DNA of 64,000 nucleotides from Scyliorhinus canicula. Taxonomy: Eukaryota. The DNA is taken from positions 7,023,941-7,087,940 of the forward strand of contig NC_052175.1 in the NCBI RefSeq assembly GCF_902713615.1, given 5' to 3'. The notes below the pieces were generated by a model, which did not search any database, was not told where the DNA came from, and was given only the letters and a program-made list of their open reading frames with translations. Positions within the stretch are counted from its first letter, which is position 1. Each line of letters opens with the position of its first letter. A program made the translations under genes and the position numbers. Shown here one piece after another: positions 41,351 to 53,959 of this stretch.

Positions 41351-41648
41351 ATTTGTTATGGGCCAGGGTTTAGAAAACTTCAAAATATGTTATGGAGTTC
41401 ACCTGACCGACAACTGTTTATTGATTTTGGTTACGATGGGCACAAAGACCTGCCTTTCAAGTGTTATTCAATAAGCATTTTAAATCAAAAATAAAGTTTA
41501 CTCTACGAATTTATTTAACATTTTTATAAACATACACCGTAAGCATTTTAATCAACTACCAAATAAGTACCCCACACAGCTACAGTACTCTATGTATAAC
41601 CCTTAATAAATTCCCCCTTTAGCTGTTCGAGTAGGAGTTGCTTAAGAA

Positions 41649-41999
41649 GGGGCAGCACGGTAGCATGGTGGTTAGCATAAATGATTCACAGCTCCAGGGT
41701 CCCAGGTTCGATTCCCGGCTGGGTCACTGCCTGTGCGGAGTCTGCACGTCCTCCCCGTGTGTGCGTGGGTTTCATCCGGGTGCTCCGGTTTCCTCCCACA
41801 GTCCAAAGATGTGCGGGTTAGGTGGATTGGCCATGCTGAATTGCCCGTAGTGTCCTAATAAAAAGTAAGGTTGGGGGGGGGGGGGCTTGTTGGGTTACGG
41901 GTATAGGGCGGATACGTGGATTTGAGTAGGGTGATCATTGCTCGGCACAACATCGAGGGCCGAAGGGCCTGTTCTGTGCTGTACTGTTCTATGTTCTAT
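41649..41999 (+). mobile_element. V-SINE (HE1-like)
   Basis: Full head-core-(TTCTATG)n tail. Confidence 0.92.
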
Positions 42000-43150
42000 T
42001 TTCTAAGGAGCCTGCCCCAAAGGTTCAGGAGGCAGCCAGCGAGGATGGAGAGCCGGCCGCCCAACAGGCTGAGGAGGAGGTGGGAAGGAGGCACTGCATC
42101 TGGTTTCATGTGCACTGGCCGGGTCTGCCATTCGAGGACATGCCGGACCGGGCATGCCGCCGTACACTCCGGCTGAGCAGGGGGACAGTGCGACACATCT
42201 GCCAGATGATGGTGCACCTGGCACCGCGTGGGGATGGGGGAGGACACCCGCTCTCAGTGGCCATAAAAATGATGGTCACCGTACGTTTTATGCCATGGGA
42301 TCCTTCCAGGCGCTGAGTGGTAACCTGTCCGGGATCTCACAGACCTCAGTAGACAGGTGCGCATGTGCTGTTAAGGAAGCATCTTGGCCCAGTCGGGACA
42401 ATAGATCAAATTTCAAAGTGGACCGAACCCACCAGGATGCCCCGGCAGCTGGATTCGCCGCCATCGGCAAGATGCCTCATGTCCAGGGGCTGATCTAAAG
42501 GGTGTATGGCACCCTGCGGGCACTGGCCTCGGACGGCCTGACTTCACAACGATGAATGTGTAGCTGCTGTATGACCATGAGCAGGGGGTCAGTGCGACAG
42601 ACATGTACTTCTGTGCCCGTTACCCGGTCAATGCCCAGGACAGCTTCATCCTGGCACAGTCGATGGCTTCTGACCTATTCGAGGGACATTCCCGGCTGAG
42701 GAATTGCTTCTGTGCAACAGGGGATGTCCGCTGTGGTCGTGGCTGATGACGTCATTCTGGAGGTCAGACCGACACGGAGACCCGCTACAACGCTGCGCAT
42801 GCGGTGAGCAGGGCTGTGATCGGGCAGTACTTTGGCCTCCCATAGAGGCGGTTCCGGAATCTGGAATCTGGACTGCGCTGGAGGGGCCCTCCAGTTCAAT
42901 GCGAGGAGAGTCTCCCATATAGTGGTGGTCTGCTGTGTGCTGCACAACATCGCGCAGCAGAGGGGCGATGTGCAGGATGAGGACGATGAGTGCTGCGAGT
43001 CTGATGAGTAGAATGCGGAGGGGGACGAGTGAGGGCAGAACATGTGGCCCAGGCAGGAACAGGACACTGCGCGATGTGTCCGTCTGGTCCGGCATGCACT
43101 GGACGCTCTAATTGCGTCCAGGTTTGCTGACTGGTGGACCTGGCAAGCAG
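42000..43150 (+). pseudogene. PIF/Harbinger DDE transposase remnant
   Basis: Frameshifted ARYP..AQDSFIL, ETRYNAAH, RVSHIVVVCCVLHNIAQQRG plus acidic tail, typical of HARBI1/DDE_Tnp_4. Confidence 0.8.
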
Positions 43151-43369
43151 CATAGACCCCCAACCCCACACCACCTGCAGCCGACCACCACCTCCCCACA
43201 CCAAACCCCTCTGTGATTCCTACCTGCCACACTATTCAGTGCGGCCCCTGGACTCTGGTCCTTGGATTGGAGGATGATGGCAACCCGCTCTGCGATGAGC
43301 TCTGCTTTTCCACATCATTAGACAATATCTGACACCTGCCCACAGTAGCTCTTTCCGCTGTGCACCTGG

Positions 43370-46330
43370 GTGATCCCTGTATGCGAGCTGGCCATTCCAT
43401 CACTCAGTCCCACCAAACAATTAGCGTGGTGGAGATGGAGATTGTGGGTGAAGGGCGAAGTCGGGGATGTACGGGTTGGAGAGGGATAGGCTGGGGCGTT
43501 TGAAGGGCTGACTGAACTCGGGTCCCTGGCCCAAGCACGCCCCTGTGGTATTGTGTGAAGCAAATAATGGCATGATGGGAAAACTAGTCAAGTCTTCTTG
43601 GTACAATTGAATTTAACCTAAGACACAGATACAAAATACAAAATGTTCGTCATCAACCTAGAAGCAGTCCCAATAAATAACAAGCTGAACAACTGTCTCT
43701 GCCTGTATGTAAACAAGTTTGTCCAGTTCTTAAAACAAAGACAAGAAAATGATATGAGACTCCAGTCCCCTAAAGGTCAGCAAGGTGACGCCATTGTAAC
43801 GATTATTACTTATGTTTTACTTTCGATCAAATTCCTAACCAAGTTGTAGTCATGTTATCTTGATCCTATAATGTATAAGAATCGCCTTCTTTTCTGTAAT
43901 ATCGCAGACTTGGGACGGACTAAGCAGTTTGTAATTGACTGCTTTCCGACTTCAAATCTCAGCCATACTGCTAGCAGTCAGTTCTAAATTCGGAAATAAA
44001 GTTCAGTTTTGCTTACCTAATGAATCATGTTTGTATTTCTCTATCACAGTCAAGACGCGGGGAAAATGTAAAATACAACACCCCCACCGTCTGCCCATCT
44101 CCCTCGCACTCCCGCAGCGCCCAGAGAGCTCAGTGAAAGTATTTGTGAATGGGATAGGTTGAAGCTGTATCCCAGTTCTATTGTATAAAGTGCAGTTGAG
44201 TTTGATTTAGTGTCAGGTCCTGTAGTTGTTGGACTGGTTGAGGAGTGAGTTCTGGGAGACGGTTTAGTGGGAGTGAAGGTTGTAGCTTCTCCCACAGTTA
44301 CAGAGAGACCGAAAGAAGTATTGTAGTGAGCCCCTGAAATGCCGACTGCAGGACATGCGGGAGCTCGGAAGACTGATTGGGCAATCCAAGAGAGAAAGAG
44401 ATGTTGTCAATTGTTGAGCATGTTTCAAGTTACCATGGCAGTGACACAGATCCTGAGAATGTTCAGAGTGACGGTAGCCGTATGCAGAGGAATTAGACAA
44501 GACTCTTGACTTTGATTTCGGTTCTGATTGTGAGGTTCTGGTAAACAGTTGTTGCAGGAATGTTGGTGAGGTGGAGTCAGCCGAAGGTTTTGACTTTGAC
44601 CTCGGTCCTGGTTGTGAAGCGATGGTTGTTATAAGAGTGATAGTCGGGAGGGAGTCAGATGACAGTGTTGACTTTGACCTCGGGACTGACTCTGACGCGA
44701 TCGTGGGCAGTTTTTCCAGAGTAGACCCGTCACCAATTGGATCACAGGCGAGCAATTCTTCAAGAGTTAGTCCAGGATTTGGTAACCTGAAGGAGGTGGG
44801 TGGAGTGGACGTGACAAAATGTATTTTTTTTAACCGCTTCTTGAGATAAACCCATTGCCACTCCCTTCAGGTCAAAGATGTTTCCATAGCCGGCTGGCCC
44901 TAAAGGATATTCTACCAGACTGCCCAGCGTTGGTTAGTCAGGGTGAGCAGGGTAAGGACTGGGGAGTGATACCAAGCGAGTAGCTGATCGACCCACATCC
45001 TTCCCAGGGTTTCAGTGTCTTTTCAAGCTGGCAGAGGCTGGTAGGCAGGAAGGAAAAGCCATCAATGCTTTTCGGGATGAAGGGAAAGGGGGTTGGAGAA
45101 TCCTGTGGTGGTTCTGCAATCACGTCGGCCAGGAAAACCCAAACTGGTTTTAGAGTTGGCGCCGCCTCATACTCTGACTCTGAAAGGGAAATGCACGTGG
45201 TGGTAATGAAAACTCCGCTGGGAAGTTAAAAGCTACCACTCCGGGAATAATGCCTGTTTCGCCAATTAAATTTCAGAGTTGCGACCCCTCAACAACCTGG
45301 TAAAGTCCAAGAGAGTAGGTATGGCCAATGGTATTGAAAGAGGCGATTTATTGCCAGTAAACCCGCGTTGACAGCCGCACTTTGTAGTTATAGGGAACCC
45401 TCAAAGTCTGTCCAGACGTTCATCAGACAATCAGGAAGGCTGAGTAGCAAGAGACAGGTCTAGATCAGGCGCCAAAGGAATGTAGACGAAGATGAAGGGG
45501 AGCACCAGGTGACACTCCGTTAACCACTCCTGTTGTGGACCTCAAATCCTTTGAACCACCAAAGCATCCTTCATAGAACATAGAACAGTACAGCACAGAA
45601 CAGGCCCTTCGGCCCTCGATGTTGTGCCGAGCAATGATCACCCTACTCAAACCCACGTATCCACCCTATACCCGTAACCCAACAACCCCCCCCCCCCAAC
45701 CTTACTTTTTAGGACACTACGGGCAATTTATCATGGCCAATCCACCTAACCCGCACATCTTTGGACTGTGGGAGGAAACCGGAGCACCCGGAGGAAACCC
45801 ACGCACACACGGGGAGGACGTGCAGACTCCGCACAGACAGTGACCCAGCCGGGAATCGAACCTGGGACCCTGGAGCTGTGAAGCATTTATGCTAACCACT
45901 ATGCTACCGTGCTGCCCCTCGTCTCATCTCGACTCTGAACCACAAAGAATGGCTCAGTTAGAAACGGGGCAGCGATGCATGTTGGACATGTTGCAGGAAC
46001 ACCCAACCTTGGTGTGGTCCATGGAACGTCGAGGAGAGTCTCGGAAGCCGACGACCATGTTGCAGGATGAATCGATGCCGGCCCAGGCGTCTCCGTACTG
46101 TTGACTACTTGCGTTTTAGAGACATTAAACTAGAACAGAGCGAAGGAGTTCTTTGCCAGAATCATCATTGAAATCGTTGGTTGTAAAGATTGCGTAAGTA
46201 TTTGTTGGACACACTGATGTGAGTGCAAGTTTACCTTTCCCGTATGTGTTAGAAGTCATATTGACACTAATGCCGAAGCCGGCCAGCAATTGCATTGGGG
46301 CGATTGCACAGGTATGTGTGGGTTTTGTGT
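43370..46330 (-). mobile_element. Unclassified decayed coding element (transposon or endogenous viral element)
   Basis: Intronless broken frames, S/T/P-rich imperfect repeats in ORF 44264..44755, 3' homology to 34050-34680. Confidence 0.4.
45572..45918 (-). mobile_element. V-SINE (HE1-like)
   Basis: Full copy, near-identical to 41649-41999. Confidence 0.92.
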
Positions 46331-46353
46331 GTCTTACATACTCACATACTCGT

Positions 46354-46536
46354 AAATGAAATGAAGATCAACATCACTTATTGTCACGAGTGGGCTTCAA
46401 TGGTTACTGTGAAATGCCCCTAGTCGCCTCATTCCGCCGCTGATTCAGGGAGGCTGGTATGGGAATTGAACTGTGCTGCTGGCCCGCCTTGGTCTGCTTT
46501 CAAAGCCAGCGATTTAGCCCTGTGCTAAACCAGCCC
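46354..46536 (-). mobile_element. (CATTT)n-tail SINE
   Basis: Same head and tail as 1110-1268. Confidence 0.8.
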
Positions 46537-46852
46537 TGGTAATGATACGTCCATGTATTGACGTATGATTCCCTTCGGTGGCTGGGGGGGGGGGGGGGTG
46601 TGGGGGCGCGGAGTTATGTTAGGATATTGTCTGTCTGATCTGTGTTCTCTTTTACTCCCCGTCCTGCTGCCTGTTTTGATATACATTTCAGTTTAAATTG
46701 GAGTGTAAACCTGGTGTCTGTAACTCATTGGAGCTGTCAAGGGTTAAAGACCTTCTGGAAATTCGAATTATTGGTTAATCCACTTTCGTTGTGAGTCTGG
46801 GGCCTATGGGGCTTGATTTGACCGCACACTCACCCAGGGTAACAATGTCTTT

Positions 46853-47196
46853 GGGGCAGCACGGTAGCATTGTGGATAGCACAATCGCTTCACAGCTCCA
46901 GGGTCCCAGGTTCGATTCCTGGCTTGGGTCACTGTATGTGCGGAGTCTGAGTATCCTCCCCGTGTGTGCGTTGGTTTCCTCCGGGTGCTCTGGTTTCCTC
47001 CCACAGTCCAAAGATGTGCAGGTTAGGTGGATTGGCCGTGGTAAATTGCCCTTAGTGTCCAAAATTGCCCTTAGTGGTGGGTGGGGTTACTGGGTTATGG
47101 GGATAGGGTGGTGTTGACCATGGTTAGGGTGCTCTTTCCAAGAGCCGGTGCAGATTCGATGGGCCGAGAAGGAGGTTCTGCACTGTAAATTCTATG
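46853..47196 (+). mobile_element. V-SINE (HE1-like)
   Basis: Head, V core, TGTAAATTCTATG tail. Confidence 0.9.
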
Positions 47197-47814
47197 AAAT
47201 TCCTCTCCAAAGATTCTCAAAAGTCACTCAGATTGTGAACAAAGAACAAAGCAAATAAAAGTGCAACCCGCGAACAGGCCCTTTGGCCCTCCAAAGCTGC
47301 TCTGCTGCCCGTCTAACCTAAAACCTTCTGCACTTCCGGGGTCCATATTCCTCTATTCCCATTGGAGAAGGGACTTTACTTGGCAGATTAGCTACCTTAA
47401 ATACCCTGTATTTTTTAATCAGCTGCTTGACTATATTTCATAAAAATAGACACTTTGCAAAGCATGATGGATATGTAGCTTTATTTTTAGTCACAAAGTT
47501 CGAAGTTCTGTATGAAACAGTCGGAAGGTTAGACCATGTAAACAGGCATACATCTGTACATTTTTTGCTGACAGCAGACAATTATTATTTTTCTTAGGCA
47601 AGGAAATCAAGGCATTTTGTTAAACATTGCTCGCTTTCTGTCTCATTGTTTAATCTCAAAAATGCCTCTCCGTCCTAGATATTGCTTATGATATTATTTA
47701 AATTACTCGCCTTACCTTTGTAGGAAGCAGGGACAGTTGGAAGGTCTGCAGTCATTCTCATTCCCTCCACGAACTTCGTGTTAAATAAAGGACCTTTCGC
47801 GAAAACTCGAAGTG

Positions 47815-48240
47815 CTGACTTTTTTTTCTTCAACACCCATCCTATTCATGTATTTGTCAAGATGCCCATTAAATTTCACTACCGCCCCGGCTTCCACCAC
47901 CTCCTCCGGCAGCGAGTTCCAGGCACCCACTACCCTCTGTGTAAAAAATCTTCCCTTGCACATCTCCACTGAACATTGCCTCTCGCACCTCACACCTGTG
48001 TCCCCTAGTAATTGACTCTTCCACCTTGCAAAAAGCTTCTCACTATCCACTCTGTCCATGCCCCTCATGAGTTTATAAACTTCTATCAGGTCGACCATCA
48101 ATCTCCGTTGTTCCAATGAGACAAATCGAGTTTTTCCCACCCTCCTCATCGCTAATGCCCTCCATACCAGGCAACATCTGGTAAACCTCTTCTGTAATCT
48201 CTTCAAAGCCTCCACATCCTTCTGGTAGTTAGGCGACCAG
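47815..48240 (-). mobile_element. CR1 3' fragment
   Basis: ORF 47781..48215 (EALKRLQKRFTR...FFTQRVVGAWNSLP). Confidence 0.85.
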
Positions 48241-48289
48241 AGTGGTCGATTTCTCTATCACCTCCACCTCCCGCAACAGATTATGAGGT

Positions 48290-48600
48290 AATTGCACGAG
48301 GTGTTACATGAGGGGTTACTGAAATTAGACCTGTTTTCGCTAGAATTTAGAAGGGTAAAAGTTCTGATGGAAGTATTCAAGATATTCACAGGGACAGTCA
48401 GGGTAGACAAAGATAATTTTTTCCACTGGTTGGAGATTCTAAACTAGGGCTCACCATCTAAAAATTAGGGACTGACCTTTCAGGGGAGATGTTAGTGAGA
48501 ACTTCCACCCAAAGGGTGGCGGAGGTTTGGAATTCTCCCCCACGAACAGCAGTTCAAGCTCGATCAGTTGTTAATGTTAAATCTGAGGCAGATAGTTTTT
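48290..48600 (+). mobile_element. Older CR1 3' fragment
   Basis: Degenerate LGLFSLE-RR / WNSLP-like sequence. Confidence 0.55.
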
Positions 48601-48614
48601 ATCAAGCAAAGATA

Positions 48615-48918
48615 TAATAATAATCTTTATTGTCACAAGTAGGCATAAATTAACACTGCAATGAACTTACTGTGAAAATCCCCTAGTCGCCACATTCCGA
48701 CGCCTGTTGAAGTACACAGAGGGAGAATTCAGAATGTCCAATCCACCAAACCTGCACGTCTTTGGACTGTGGGAGGAAACCAGAGCACCCGAACGAAACC
48801 CACACAGACACGGGGAGAACATGCAGCCTCCGCACTGATAGTCACCCAAGCCGGTAATCGAACTTGGGACCTGACACTGTGAAGCAACAGTGCCAACCAC
48901 TGTGCTACCTTGCTGGGC
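48615..48918 (-). mobile_element. V-SINE with the alternative GGAATGTGGCGACTAGGGG...(ATT)n tail
   Basis: V-SINE head and core joined to the 3' module seen in the (CATTT)n SINE. Confidence 0.8.
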
Positions 48919-49875
48919 CAAATAAAGGTATATGTAGTTCGGTCACAGATCAGCCATAACCTCATTTAATGGCGGGGCAGGCTCGAGGGGCTGAATGGCC
49001 TCCTCCTGTTCCTATGCTCCTCTATTCCAATGTTCCTCACAGCTCTTTGACTTCTCTCGTCTCAGTGGTCAAGACCCTTAATAAATCTTCAATAAGTAGC
49101 ATCATTTTACTTGAGGTTTCGTTGTCAATTTTGTGGGGCCTACTTCACAATATAGTGACTGACTGGAGATTGGGTGACTGTTTTGGGGAATGGTTCCCTC
49201 AGTCCACAGGAATGACCTGGCATTTGTCAGTTTAGTTCGCCCGCATGCTCCCATGCTGACATTCCTGTCCCTGGACTGTCTGAATGTCCCATCGGAGCCG
49301 GACGTGTGGGCAAAGAACACAAACTTATCTTCAGAATAGGACATTGAGTTCAACAACGCCAGGCAACTGATGATCTGCTGCAATTAAATTCTCATTTTGG
49401 ACCATTCCTCTGTGTCTCCATCACAATGGTTACCACCACATATTGTTTCTGGTCCATTTAATCTGTCCTCCTTTCTAAACTGTACCTGATATTTCTCTTT
49501 TTCTCTTCCCTTCTATCCTCATCTGTTTCCAAGAGTTTCAGAACAATCACTTTCTCCCTGCTTTGCAGACGTGTCACATTGAATTCAGAGAGTTTGCTCT
49601 GTTCTTTTCTCCACAGATGCTGTCCTTACCCTCAGAACTTTCTGTTTTGATTGAAACTAGAGTTCTCTCGTTCAACCAATAGACAATACCGAATGGGGAC
49701 GGGGGAGAAGGACGAGCGGGTCCTGGTGGGTAGTTTTCACATTTTACGGGGTTGATCGAGGTGCATTGGAAGAAATGTTTCCATTTCCATAGAATCCCGA
49801 CAATGCAGAAAAAGGACGTTCGGCCAATTGAATGTACGCCCACCCTCTGAAGAGCATCCTAAGAGCATCCTATCG

Positions 49876-50035
49876 CTGACTTTTAAAGCAGACCAAGCAG
49901 GCCAGCAGCACGCTTCGATTCCCAGACCAGCCTCGCCGGACAGGCGCCGGAATGTCGCGACTAGGGGCTTTTCACAGTAACTTCATTTGAAGCCTACTCG
50001 TGACAATAAGCGATTTTCATTTCATTTCATTTCAT
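49876..50035 (+). mobile_element. (CATTT)n-tail SINE, head-truncated
   Basis: Shared 3' module and TTTCA repeats. Confidence 0.8.
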
Positions 50036-50161
50036 AACTAGGCCCAAACCCCGTAACCCCTCCTAACCTGCACACATTTGGACACGAAGGGGCAATTCAG
50101 CACGGCCAACCCACTTAACCTACACATCTTTGGATATCAAAGGACAATGTATCTCGGCCAA

Positions 50162-51370
50162 TCAAAGAACAATGAAAAGAACAGCCCAGGAAGAGGCCCT
50201 ACGGCCCTCCAAGCCCGTGCCGACCATGCTGCCCGTCTAAACTAAAATCTTCTACACTTCCTGGGTCCATATCCCTCTATTCCCAACCTATTCATGTCTT
50301 TGTCAAGATGCCCCTTAAACGTCACTATCACCCCTGATTCCACCTCCTCCTCTGGCAGCGAGTTCCAGGCACCCACTACCCTCTGTATAAAAAACTTACC
50401 TGGTATATCTCCTCTAAACCTTGCCCCACGCACCTTAAACCTATGCCCCTCGTAATTGACTCCTCTACCCTGGGAAAAAGTCTCTGACTATCCACTCTGT
50501 CTATGCCCCTCATAATTTCGTAGACCTCTATCAGGTCGCCCCTCTACCTCCTTCGTTCTAGTGAGAACAACCCGAGTTTATTCAACTGCTCCTCATAGCT
50601 AATGCCCTCCATACCAGGCAACATCCTGGTAAATCTCTTCCGCACCCTCTCTAAAGCCTCCACATCCTTCTGGTAGTGTGGCGACCAGAATTGAACACTA
50701 TACTCCAAGTGTGGCCTAACTAAGTTTCTATACAGCTGCAACATGACTTGCCAATTTTTTATCCTCAATCCTCCGGCCAATGAAGGCAAGCATGTCGTAT
50801 GCCTTCTTGACTACCTTCTCCACCTGTGTTTCCCCTTTCAGTGACCTGTGGACCTGTACACCTAAATCTCTCTGACTGTCAATACTCTTGAGAGTTCTAC
50901 CATTCACTGTATATTCCCTATCTGCATTAGACCTTCCAAAATGCATTACGTCACATTTTTCCAGATTAAACTCCACCTGCCATCTTGCCGCCCATCTCCA
51001 AATGATCTAAATCCTGCTGTATCCTCTGACAGTCCTCATCGCTATCCACAATTCCACCAACCTTTGTGTCATCTGCAAACGTACTAATCAGACCAGTAAC
51101 ATTTTCCTCCAAATCATTTATATATACTATGAACAGCAAAGATGCCAGCACTGATCCCTGCGGAACACCAGTAGTCACTACCCTACAATTAGAAAAGCAC
51201 CCTTCCTTTGCTACTCTCTGCCTTCTATGACATAGCCAGCTCTGTATCCACCTTGCCAACTTACCCTTGATCCCGTGTGACTTCACCTTTTGTACCAGTC
51301 TACCATGAGGGACCTTGTCAAAGGCCTTACTGAAGTCCATATAGACAACATCCACTGCCCGACCTGCATC
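50162..51370 (-). mobile_element. 5'-truncated CR1 LINE
   Basis: ORFs 50966..51457 (YMDFSKAFDKVPH, GVPQGSVL, FADDTK), 50544..50789, 50242..50433. Confidence 0.92.
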
Positions 51371-52483
51371 AATCCTCCTAACCTGCACATCTTTGGACAG
51401 TACACCGGAGCACCCGGAGGAAACCCACACAAAACGGGGAGAATGTGCAGACTCCAAACAAGCAGTCGCCCAAGTCCGGAATTAAACCCGGGTCCCTGAC
51501 GCTGTGAGACCTTGTTGTGCGTCTGTTGTGCCTGCGTGTTGGGAGATCAAGTGTTCAGGGTCATTCGTAATTCTCATGATACATCATTAGTTACATCTTT
51601 AGACGGGTTACATGTAAGATTGGGAACTGGATCCTGCATTAAATACTCTTAGTGAAAAGCTCAGTGAGGCCTGGATATCTTTTTGAACGGAGAAATGAAA
51701 GAAGATGATGTTGCTATTGTTAGTGGTGAGAATACTGGGCGGAGAATACTCCAGGGAATTGAACAAATGGGAAAATGACACGTTTCTGAGTTGCTATGGA
51801 ACCCAGATCAATATTGTGATTTTCATAAAAATGAAGGAAAATATAAATAATAGTTACATTACTTTAAAATTTTAAGTGCCTGGAACAATGATTATTTGGA
51901 GAATTTAGGCTGAATTGAATACACAATGATGTATTTAGTGAACTTCTGAACTCTTAGAAATGTTTGCCGTTGATTGACTTCGAACACACAGAATGTTGGC
52001 AGCACAAAGGTACATTGGTCGTGTGGTTAATGCAATGACTCTGACAATGGCCACTTGCACAACATCCTGGTGAGGTAGTTTGCGAAGTGATTTGAAATGC
52101 ACAACGACTGGCGGATATTGTGGCCGAGATTCTTGTGAACTGCTCTTAAAGCGAACAATACTTGTCGTGTTAAAAGCTGTCTGTGGTTTCCCTGTTGATT
52201 GGTCGGCAGGTACTTGCATAACTTACTGGAAAGGTCAAACCAGGAACATCATGTTAAACTGCACCCAGGTTTCAATCAATTGTACAGAGTGCAGTCTCGT
52301 TTAGATTAACCTCTTCTTTAATGTAACATCCACTCCTGTTCACATGCATTTATTAATCTTTCGATTGGTGTGATTAATCGTATTCTGATTCTAAATAAAA
52401 ATAATCTTTATTAGCGTCAGGAATCTGTTCGGAATGATGTTGATTAATTAATATGCGCTGACTATTTGATAATAACCTTCATT

Positions 52484-52778
52484 AATATCACAAGTAGGCT
52501 TATATTAACACTGTAATGAAGTTACTGTGAAAAGCCACTAGTCGCCCCATTGCGGCGTTTGTTCAAGTACACAGGGGGAATTCAGAATGTCCAATTCACC
52601 GAAGAAGCAAGTCTTTAGATTGTGTGAGGAAACCGGAGAACCGGAGCGCCCGGAGGCAACCCACGCAGACAGGGGGAGAACATACAGACTCCGCACAGAC
52701 AGAGACCCAAGCCGGGAATCCAATTCGGGACCCTGGCGCTGTGAATCAACAGTGCTAACCACTGTGCGGCCGTGCCTT
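52484..52778 (-). mobile_element. V-SINE with alternative tail
   Basis: Same architecture as 48615-48918. Confidence 0.75.
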
Positions 52779-53156
52779 CCACATCAGTCACTGAAGAACC
52801 ATTTAATCACAGGCTTGACGATGTATGGATGTAAGTTTATTGCAATGTTAATGTTAGCCTATTTGTGACACTAATAAATGTTATTATTGCAATACAATGC
52901 CAGGGTGCTCAGGATCTCGATGATTTAGGAAGTCAAGATAACATGGGAACTGCCGCCACCTCGAAGTTAAATATCCAATTTACAACATCTGAAGAATTTG
53001 TGAGTTATGCCTGAACAGCTGGAATCGCCCAGGCGGTACAATTACGCTGTTAGCAGGTTTGGGAAGTGGAATTAATGAATGGTTTTCTTTGTAAATCGGA
53101 CTGTAGGTGAAGACCAAGAAAAATTAATCTTGTGATTAGACTAAACTGAATTCCTT

Positions 53157-53345
53157 TCTTTTATATATATTTAGAGTACCCACTTATTATTTTAGGGCGC
53201 AATTTAGTGCGGCCAATCCACCTAACCTGGGTTGTGGGGGTGAGACCCACGCAGACATGGGGAGAATGTACAAACTCCAGACGAGGCGGGATTCCAACGC
53301 GGGTGCTCAGCGCTGCAGTCCCAGTGCTAACCACTGCGCCACGTG
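53157..53345 (-). mobile_element. Short V-SINE-related element
   Basis: tRNA-like head and GTTAGGTGGATTGGCC segment. Confidence 0.6.
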
Positions 53346-53959
53346 TCGCTCCGACTGAATTCATTTCTAAAATTAATGCTGCACAAACCTTATCATTCAC
53401 CGAATGACTATGGTTCTGTGATGCTAAGGAAGGTTATGATTCCGCACAAGGATGGTTTAAAGGAAGTGTGGCCATCAGCAAATACACAGAAAAAAAATCG
53501 ATTTTGTGGGTCAATCACTTCCCGAGCAGTTCTATAAATAAGACAGCTGTGCAGATATTTGTTCCATCACTGCAGCTGCCTTTGAGAGTATTGTCTGCTT
53601 TATGCAATGGCTCAGTGGTGTTTGCCGGAATGGCCACATGCGGGGCTGCGAGGGACTGAGTGATCCCAGCACTATATTTAGACATCAAGGCACACGCAAT
53701 GATCTGGAAAACAAGCTGGAAGCGTTGTTATGTTTGAATTTGTATTCGGGGTCTCGGAGTCTCTGGGCAGTCTCCTAAAAAAGTTTGGAATAAGTTAGTT
53801 GTCAACAATCCCCACAAATATCAGTATGGAAGGAGAATGTACACGGTTACTTGGTGAGATGCGCACTCATTCCCACTATAACCTCGGTTATAGGCCTCCA
53901 ATTTCCCGAGGAAATCTATTTATTTTCCAATTTCACTTGCCGAGGATGTGGAACAGTAA

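Larger units (their letters stand above)
39520..41630 (-). mobile_element. Gypsy-type LTR retrotransposon 5' part (LTR, PBS, decayed gag)
   Basis: LTR end ...ATAACA at 41354; gag ORFs 40792..41127, 40041..40244 (YELVPEADRQRF), 39623..39844 and a decayed CFYCNKVG knuckle. Confidence 0.85.

Noticed and set aside
47700-47790. Orphan strong donor AAG|GTAAGG (47715, minus) after ENDCRPSNCPCFLQ
   Set aside because: No convincing acceptor or partner exons; cannot support a second gene
49102-49383. ORF ending LYCEVG...PQ|GTAAAA as another Ig-like exon
   Set aside because: Lacks the conserved Trp and DxxxYxC pattern; no recognisable domain
253-51457. RT/gag/transposase ORFs as functional genes
   Set aside because: All fragmented by stops, frameshifts or insertions; recorded as mobile-element relics
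51935-52304. Overlapping ORFs in unique sequence
   Set aside because: No recognisable motif or consistent splice signals
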